A stretch of DNA of 61,581 nt, the filler included, from Platydemus manokwari (lineage: Eukaryota): assembly GCA_037951405.1 (NCBI GenBank). It is 5 parts of 5 records of this genome, joined end to end, with 100 filler letters (N's around TTAATTAATTAA, not from the genome) between each part and the next. Parts side by side here need not be neighbours in the genome. Positions count along the whole stretch, not along the records: positions 45,176 to 61,581 come from JBBMOY011178100.1; 4 more parts are not named here. The stretch is one strand, 5' to 3'. The first letter of the stretch is position 1. Every line of letters begins with the position of its first letter. The position numbers and the translations under genes are program-made. The notes beneath the pieces are model-generated. The model was not told where the DNA came from. It worked only from the letters and a program-made list of their open reading frames with translations, and searched no databases. Positions 52,619 through 61,581 of the stretch are shown here, piece by piece.

Positions 52619-53731
52619 ATGACATTCAATTTTCCATTACCACATAATTTTGTGGAAGTAATGAATGCATTCATTTTTAGTGTAATGGAGAAAAAACCAT
52701 CAAATTACATGCGGTATGCTGTTAAGTATTTCGATAAATTGACCAATAATTTAAGTGTCGAAGGAATAACATCTTCTATTGAAAGTCGCTCTGTTTCCGA
52801 AGTTTCTGAATCCGATTCCATAGAGACACTTGATTCAAAACAATATGCTAATCGTCGAAAAAGTGTTGCTGCAGAAAAATTTGATCCTGAAGGTATCAAT
52901 AGTTCAGATCTAAGTGTTGAAATGCATGAAAAATCTGAAGAACAAAAGAATAGATTAAAGAGTGTTTGTGAAAAAGTGGCCATGTTTAAATCGTTGAGTA
53001 AAACTGACATAATGACAGTGATAGATGCCATGTATGAAATTGATGTCCAACCTAATCAAGAGATTATCAAAGAAGGTGATTATGGCGACAATTTTTATAT
53101 AATAGAATCTGGAATATATGATGCGTATATAACACAAAATGGAGTTCAGAAAAAAATAAAAACTTACGACAATGAAGGTAATTTCGGAGAGTTATCACTG
53201 ATATATAATGCACCTCGTGCTGCAAGTATTATTGCTCAAACCAGCGGAGTGATATGGGCAGTTACTCGCCAAGTCTTCCGTTCAGTTGTGCTTGTAAAAG
53301 CGCATAAACAACGTGAAATGTATAATAAACTCTTGGAACAATTACCTATGCTAGCACCTTTAAGCGATTTTGAGAGGGCCAACATTGCCGATGCTCTTAC
53401 ACCTAAAGAATGTGTTGAAAATGAAATCATTCTTAAAGAAAGCGAGCCTGGAAATCAAATGTTTTTTATTCTATCTGGAAAAGTTGAAATTTATAAAGGG
53501 TCAGCTGAAAATAAAGTAGTTATTAATTCCTTGGGACCTGGGAAATATTTTGGAGAATTAGCCTTATTATCAAATCAGCCAAGAGCAGCAAGTGCACAAG
53601 CTGTTGAACCAACTGTCTTAGCGGTATTAGATGTCAAAAGTTTCGAAAGATTAATGGGTCCATGTATCGAAGTTATGAAAAGAAATATGAATGAATATAA
53701 AAAGAACGTAGTAAATTTATTCAATTCTTAA
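52619..53731 (+). CDS. PRKAR2: cAMP-dependent protein kinase type II regulatory subunit (intronless)
   Basis: N-terminal D/D-like segment (FIFSVMEKKP...YAVKYF), RRKSV phosphorylatable inhibitor site, and two CNB domains with FGELSLIYNAPRAA and FGELALLSNQPRAA. Confidence 0.95.
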   Translation: MTFNFPLPHNFVEVMNAFIFSVMEKKPSNYMRYAVKYFDKLTNNLSVEGITSSIESRSVSEVSESDSIETLDSKQYANRRKSVAAEKFDPEGINSSDLSVEMHEKSEEQKNRLKSVCEKVAMFKSLSKTDIMTVIDAMYEIDVQPNQEIIKEGDYGDNFYIIESGIYDAYITQNGVQKKIKTYDNEGNFGELSLIYNAPRAASIIAQTSGVIWAVTRQVFRSVVLVKAHKQREMYNKLLEQLPMLAPLSDFERANIADALTPKECVENEIILKESEPGNQMFFILSGKVEIYKGSAENKVVINSLGPGKYFGELALLSNQPRAASAQAVEPTVLAVLDVKSFERLMGPCIEVMKRNMNEYKKNVVNLFNS

Positions 53732-55737
53732 TTTATATTTCAAAAAGAAAATTTTATTTTTTTCTTATAATTATTGAGGCTACAAGTATGGGTTATATGG
53801 AATTATATAGTATTGTGAAATTATGTTTTCTTGCACTTTGGTGGTGAAAATAAATTATTTATGTTGTCATTGATTGGTTCATATATGAACTTCTAACTTG
53901 GTATGAATATTAAGTTAAGCAAATATTAATTAATTACGATTTCAACATAAGAATTGTTTAGGTTGTGAAAGAGTTATGGAATCACAAGTTGCTTAGGTGT
54001 AATTAACTGATTATATCCACAGTGATAGGAAACATCAATAAAAGAAATAATTGTTGAAAATTATTTATTTGATTGAAATAATGAGAACAAAATAGCATAG
54101 TGGCCACAAAGGTTGTCAACTAATGTAAAAACATGCTATATTATTAAAGATTACGTCCGATTTAATTGATATATTTATGCATTACTAGGTTTTGTATCGT
54201 CGAAGATTTGTTGTGGTTAACAATAAGATAATTTTAGAGTGCTATTATTAAATAATTAAACCGTAGGTGAGATCTGTTGTTTCAAATTCAAAGAGCTTAG
54301 TTGTACACTTGACCCCAAAAGGCGTACGTAAAAATTACAAACGATATAGGGTCAAATTACAAAATATTAATAGAATAAATATATGAATAAAGTATAATTA
54401 AAATAATAAGTATAAATCTAAACAAAGTACAATCAAATGATAAATATTTTGATAGCAATCCACAAAATGAATATAAGCAATTTTTAGCAAATAACTAGGC
54501 TTTATGTAATCAACGGTTTTGTTTATTTTCATATTCTATTGAGATAGAACTATAATTTTATATCGACCTCTTATGGCTATGCGCATAACAGCCCTCAAGT
54601 GAATTTATTGGTAGTTAGGACTAAAGTAACCACAACCACTTTGTTTGATTTATTTTTTAGATTTCAATATATTTGTAATATATGTATATATATGTATTGT
54701 TTAAATACTATATATTTGTATAATTTTTTGAATTAATAAATATTAATACTTACCAATCTTTATCACACTTAGTCAAAAATAAAAATAACAATATATTATA
54801 GTTGAACTTTATTTAATTTGTAAATGAAATTTTAAATTACAAATGTTGTAAATTAATTATTATAATTTTAAAATTGTTTTGAAATAATTTAATTAGTTCC
54901 GGCTTTGAAATTATATATAAAATTAAATATAAATATAAATTAAAAATAAATTAAAATCAAATATGAATTATAATTAAATATAAATTATAATTGTATATAA
55001 ATTATAATTAAATATAAATTAAAATTAAAAATAAATTAAAATTAAATATAGAATAATTAAATATAAATTTATTGAACTAATTATTTCTAAAATTAGTTAT
55101 TCACGAATGAAAATATCAGTAATAACCAGGATTAATAATAGTGGTAAACAATTGGTATTGTAAGTAGATTTATTAACTTCTTGATTCTTCGGCGCTGTTA
55201 CTAATATTATATATTAGCCAAAATGATAAATAATTTATGCATTATTGTTATGTACAGGAAGCTCACTCACTATTCAAGCGAATTGAACGAAAATATGGAT
55301 GTTTTGTAACGAGTTTTCAATGTAGTCATGTCAGATAATGGCTTTGAAGCTGCTTTTAATTTTTGACATGAGTTAGAGTATTTCTGAAATAAGTAATGTG
55401 ATGTACTCCGGCACCAAATGTACATTTTATTTTGCGTGGTGTATTGATATATTAGTACAGATGTATTCAAACGTGGACTGAATAAAGTGTAGATTAGACT
55501 AAGATATTTTATTACTCTACAGAGAAAGTAGATTTGATTTTGATTTCATTTAACGATTTTATTTTAACAGTTAAAATTAAAATAATGGTACTTGCAATAT
55601 ATGATTGATAATTATTGTTTAATAGAATAATAATAATTATTATTATAATGACAATTATTATTAATATATTAATTTTATGAATAATAATTAAATAATATAA
55701 TTATTTAAAAAATCATTAACTTCTAATTACATTTTAG

Positions 55738-56057
55738 GTGTCACCCGGTGAGATAGAATCAACATTGTTATCCATGGACGGTATTGTTGATTGTGCCGTA
55801 ATCGGAGTTCCCGATGATGTATGTGGAGAAGTACCCAGAGCTTTTATAGTAAAAAATAAAGACATTCAAGAGAAAGACATTCACGAATGCTTGAGTAGTA
55901 CGATTTGAATAATTGATTGACATTTAATTTACATATTGTTGAATAATTAGATCAATTAAGTAAACATAAACAATTGAAAGGTGGAATTTTCTTTGTTAAC
56001 AATATTCCAAAAAGTCCAAGTGGAAAGATTCTACGAAATGTACTTAGATCGAAATGA
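55738..56057 (+). CDS. Last two exons of a luciferase/4-coumarate-CoA-ligase-like acyl-CoA synthetase (55738-55897, 55951-56057)
   Basis: VSPGEIESTLLSMDGIVDCAVIGVPDDVCGEVPRAFIV...LSKHKQLKGGIFFVNNIPKSPSGKILR, including the A10 catalytic Lys; 53-bp GT-AG intron. Upstream exons not found. Confidence 0.88.
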
Positions 56058-58638
56058 TTGAATTAATTTAAAAGATTTTTTAATGAGTATATTTTAATAA
56101 AAAACACTTGCAATTTCATTTTGGATAGTATTTATTTATTTAGACTTTATTTGCTCATGAAGAATTTAACCAATAAAATAATGGATTGATAAAATAATCT
56201 CTACAAAATTGCACAGTTTATTAAACACAAATGTATTTTTTAATTGATAATTTTTTCACCACCTCCAGAACCCTAAGAAAAGTGAAAAAGCAAAAAAATT
56301 CATGTTATAAAATATAAAGTTCATAATAGAAACGAATATATGAGATTACGATCAGAAATCTCTTTTATATAAATGATAGAAAATGTTATTACGAATAATT
56401 TTGATATTGATAAACGAATAAAATAATTTAGAAAAATCATTCATACTTTTATATCTCAACGTTTCTGTCACAAATACATCGTAAGAATCCAGCTCTATTA
56501 ATTATAATCCTGATTTATCAATCATATGTTGTATAATAAAATCTCTAAACGGTGTATGAAATTTACAAAGGCACTAAAATGATACTAAAAGAACTAATAA
56601 ATTTAATCCATCCTTTAAATTAATATTATTACGAGTTTTTTTCGTAAAGTTGATAAATTTCGAAATTTATTTCTCAATAAAAGATATCGATCAGATTGAA
56701 TGAAAGAAATGATATCATGATAATCCATTGGGGAATCTTGTTTTTCTGAATCATCATATGTGAATTATGTGAAATTGTTTTGATAATTCTAATCATAAAT
56801 ATTATTAACATGGAGAAGGTTCGTCGACCTTTTACCGCTTAATAAATTTTAGTAAAGTTTCTCCAACTAATTACACCAGAATTTTTGAATTAAGCCATTA
56901 TTGTGATATGATTTAAACCAGGTCTCATAGTGTAAAAATAATTTTACAATTATCATTGCTTCCCAATAACAACATGATTAGCTACGGAAAAGTTTATATT
57001 TAAGTGTCAGATCTGTGTGGTGACCGAGTTATTTAGTCTTCTTTATAACTTATTTTCGGTATTATAAAAATGAATATGAAATTATCTAGATTGAAAAGTA
57101 AAAAATTTTCTTTCAAATTCTGTTTCCAATTCTTCAGTCTGACAAAGGTAGATCTGAAGATTATTATTATTACCAGGAATAAATTGAAGTGTTTTACAGT
57201 ATGCTAAATAGACATCAAATAAAACTTTAATTCTTTGTTTCTAATCTCTAAAATTTTTAATTCACGCTTTTTCTCCAAAATAACAAAACATATTTATTTT
57301 ATTTATATAATGAAGATGGTATTTAATAATTTTTAATAGATAAACTATTAGTTCATAACCTACACACCAATTTAGTAAATATTTAAGTAGTAGAGAAGAC
57401 CAATGCCAGATCCTGAAATTAATTTTTTTTACATCCCGCTTAATATTCCCTAGTATCCAGTGCATTAAAACATTAGAACAAATTTTTTCCATCATTTAAC
57501 TTAAAGAGATTTCATCAACCCATTTTACTCGTCATGATATAGTATATTCATCTTTATTATAAACATCATATCTAACTTTATTTGGATCCATTTTATTCTT
57601 ATTTTTTATTTATATTTATGAAATTTTATGAGTTGCTTTTATCATATACGTTAAAGTTTTCAGCAATTAAATTCCGATTTTGGGAAGTAAATTAGTCAAC
57701 TTAACTGAATAATATTCGAAAAATGTTTATCGAATAGATAAAGATTTAATCTGAAATATTGACAAGATTCCAAAATTTCATGAATTTCTTGAATGTCATG
57801 ATAAAAGTGGTCACTTAATAATATTCTTTTCATGAAGAATATAAATAAATTTACCTAAGTCCTTAATAAGAATCTAACCCGATTTAAGAAGCACTGCTTT
57901 GTTTACTGTACATTCTTACTATACATTTTAATATTATTATGCATTATTTTCAAAATTTTGCTTACTCGACCCAGTGTTCTAGACAAACTGGATATCGAAG
58001 AAAAAATTATCAGCCTCAGTTTAACTTATTCTTTTTTAAAAAACAAAAAACGGATAGAAATTATAAAATTCAATAGCGATAAGTTTCATGAATATCAATA
58101 AATGAAGATTGGCTAATCCGAGTTTCATGGGTGTTGAATCAAAGTATTAAATATATTGGCGAAAAAGAAAGACAGATTAAGTATACAATCGAGATATCAA
58201 AAGGAAAAACCAGGACGAACTGGTAACTGACAAAGCTATTGAACCCAGTTCATAAGGATTTAAAGAAAAAATGACTCGGATCTTTCAGCAGTGCAGATAA
58301 AGTAGACTTTCAAAATTCATAGAACCAAACTTAGAAAGATAATAAGAACCGACTTCAATCGAGAGGCAAAAACTACACTTAACAGAAAGCAATCTATGTA
58401 GAGGAAAAGAAATGGCAATATTTTTTCAAGAAACGAAACAAGAAACAACAAAATTTTATTTAAAATATTCACATAAATAATAGTTGATATAATTATCGAA
58501 TCTCTGATTTCTTCTGAAAGACCTAGAGCTCATTTAATTGGCTACTGGGAGATGATTTTTATTAGTTAAACAATAATTTTTATTATAATTTAAATAATAA
58601 TATTGTTCATAAATATTATTCACAATATTTCATTAATT

Positions 58639-60837
58639 ATGGAATCGGGATACCTGATAACAATCAATAATAAAACCTATATCAATTCGAACTATAAAGA
58701 TTATTTTTGGTGTATCAAATTGATTTATATTTATTGTTCACTCTTATATTTTGATTCAGATTTCACTTATACAATGACATGGATTTTATCAATGATTTCA
58801 ACGATTGGAGTTATCGGAAATATCTTGACTATTCTAGCTGTGCTGGCTAACAAGGTGTGAAAAAATCATTAAAAATTATTAAAAAAAATATGCTGAACTG
58901 TCCGAAATGTGAGCTTCTGAATCAACGAATGATTTCATTTATATTCATCACAACTATTTCCTAAGCTCCATATTTTTTATTTTTCAATTATATATGCTCC
59001 TATCTGTGACATAGGTAGCTCTTAATCAATGTCAGTGTATTAATGTCAAGCTTCGTTATATTCTCCAATATTAAAATAATTAGAGAAATTAATAAAATGG
59101 TCTTTTATTAAATAAAGCGTACAAAAATAAATTTTTTCTTTTCATAGAAATCGTTATCATAGAAAAGGTTTTATTCTTTTATTAATTATTGTCTTTAATT
59201 TGTTTGTTACGATAATTGTATAATTATTTTACAAGTTGGATTATTTTCTATTTTCTAGGAATTGAATTTCGAGGGGAATTTATACGTTTTCATTTTAACG
59301 ATGGCTGATATGGCCATATCGGGATTTATTAATTCAATGAATGTTGTAGGTAAATATTTGTATTTAAAATATTATTTTGAAAAAAGATTTATTACATTTA
59401 TATTATTTTATTTTGGAATACCAGCAAATCTAAATAATATTTTCATTACTTTATAAAAATATTAATATGAATTGAATGATTTATCAATATTTATTGATTA
59501 TTTAATAATTTATCTCCATCTACCTTTTGCATGTTTAGGCTCACATGTGTAGCTATTATAAGATGTCTATTATTATCATTATTAAAGTATTAACTCGAGA
59601 AAGTTTATCGTTTTGATAATATCATTATTATCATTACTGTCATTATTATTATTATTATTATCAATATTACTATTTAGAATTCATAATCGTTGTTTGGAAT
59701 TTTAAATAATATTCTGTAATTAAATTTATAAATATTTTGAACGTTCAAATGTTGGGAAATTTTATATTTTTTGTATTTTATGGAATAACTATGAAATTCA
59801 CAAATTTTTTAAAATATGGAGTGCCAAAACTATGATAGGTTTACAAAAAACTCAAATTAGCCAAAATATTTTTTATTAATTATCCTGAAACATCATTAAA
59901 AATACTGCGATTATCATAAATATGTGTATCACTTAATTTTGTCATATTGTTCGTGTGTTTTAAATTAAGCTTGGCGGGCCTTACTTTGGAGGCTCCTGGG
60001 TTAAATGATTAAAACTATATTATAGAGCAATTTTATAATTATTAATACATAATATTAAAATATTTGATATTTATTGAAGATTATCAGAAAGAAATTTCGC
60101 TTAAGATATGAAAAAGATGTGCCTTAACTTAATTTCGCAATGATTAATTTTCGCTCATGACTTAATTTTAAAATTAAATCTATAAATATATTTCTCTAAC
60201 ATTTCATACCAAAATTAATTTATCTAAAAATGTTAAATTTGAAGAAAAAATGTATGAAATAAATGGATTTCAATTGTTGTTCATTATTCTGGTTTTAAAT
60301 GAGTAGTTTTCCTGGATCGATAGAGCATTCTGAATGGTTAATAAGGCCATGTTGACAAGCGAAGTTTCGAAAAATAAAATAAAAAGTAAAAATTATCAAC
60401 CCGGAATTGCTTATTTTCAATTAAATATCAAGTAATACATCCAATTTTAATTTTGTCCTTATCTTAGGATTGTAAATTTGGGCTGGATTATATTATGATA
60501 AAGCTATTTTTTTTAAAATTTTAATAAATTATTCAAAATTCTTAGTTTTATTTTCACAAAATTTCTTAAAATATTTTTAAGTCGTCTTTTCTGAAATTTA
60601 TCGGAAAATTTATTTGTAGATATAGTTTCAATTTTAATTTTTTTCTGGTTTTGAGTAATTTAAGAATAATGATCGTTTTAATTGTTTCGAAATATAATGA
60701 AATTATCAAACAGTTTATAATCTTAGTTATATATAATTATTGTTTTTCTGTTATTATAGCTGTACTCAAAGGAGAAGTATTTTTTGTCAATAAATTTTGG
60801 TTGTGTAGTTTAGTATCTTGCACATGTTTATTACTTC
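58639..60837 (+). CDS. 5' part (TM1-TM3) of a multi-exon class A GPCR, melatonin-receptor-like
   Basis: Spliced ...TIGVIGNILTILAVLANK | ELNFEGNLYVFILTMADMAISGFINSMNVV | AVLKGEVFFVNKFWLCSLVSCTCLLL with GT-AG boundaries near 58855, 59259-59349 and 60760-60837. Continues beyond the window. Confidence 0.78.
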
Positions 60838-61581
60838 GTTTGTGTTTTTATTACTTAATATTTGTTGTGTTGATGTTGATGGAAATATGATGTGATTTCT
60901 TTTGAATTAAATCATTAATTTATGATCGATTATTTGAACCTTTATTTATTTTGAATATTTGGTAGCGAATAATTCCACAAACGATCTGATAATTAAGCGG
61001 GAATAAAAGGCTGCTTGTAAATAATTCCAAGGAATATAAATACTAATAATAACAAGATAATAATTGCATTCAAAACAATCCTTTCAAAAATAGCTATGAT
61101 AAAAAGTTTTGGAAATAATCTAAAGATATTCGCTAGTACAATGAATTTTTCTTAATTATATCCAATGATATATGTGATTTGTATTGATTATATTCAAGGT
61201 GTGATCCGAGAATAGTCATGGAACTTTTGAGTTTATGTGCAAAATAAATGTAAGCATTTTTTTTAATATTGTACCGAATTAGACAGTTTTGGACTTGGAG
61301 TTTTTATTAGTCAGATTTTATTAATTTGCAATTTTCATTGGCTATTAACTGTGTTGTTATGGTGATGTATATTTGAATTAAAAATCTTTGTTTTCCTTGT
61401 AACATGAGTTCCATTGTGACATGAATAAATGTGCTCTTGATTATGAGAGTGGTATAAGTCATATATTTCTTGTTTGGAGATATTAAGGGATTTGCATGTT
61501 AAAGAAATAAAAAATATTTGTGTATTATGGAATGAAATATTTTGACAATTAATTAGCGCCGGTAAATCAGCATTTAATATG

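Noticed and set aside
55255-55480. VMSDNGFEAAF as a MULE transposase fragment
   Set aside because: A single weak motif with no TIR or TSD support.

Overview
AT-rich eukaryotic (metazoan) genomic DNA, probably from a planarian/triclad-type flatworm. The taxon is an inference from base composition, 41-57 bp introns and gene/TE content. The window is not one contiguous locus: four identical 100-bp linkers (N44-TTAATTAATTAA-N44) split it into five segments. Host genes, several reconstructed by splicing short introns by eye: an intronless rhodopsin-type peptide GPCR; a neugrin-like mitochondrial protein; a secreted Ig6-LDLa3-Ig perlecan-domain-II-like protein; a divergent heat-shock factor whose DNA-binding domain is largely invisible in the ORF track; CWF19L1; RSL1D1; an intronless PKA type II regulatory subunit; orphan 3' exons of a luciferase/4CL-like acyl-CoA synthetase; and the 5' part of a melatonin-receptor-like GPCR. 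Intergenic DNA is full of decayed TEs (hAT and Tc1/mariner MITEs, solo and nested LTRs, a TRIM-like element, an R2/NeSL-like LINE relic). The most notable item is a decayed Ty3/gypsy region (26.4-31.7 kb, minus strand). It carries a chuvirus-G/gB-type (class III fusogen-like) envelope gene directly after gag and before the pol remnant.
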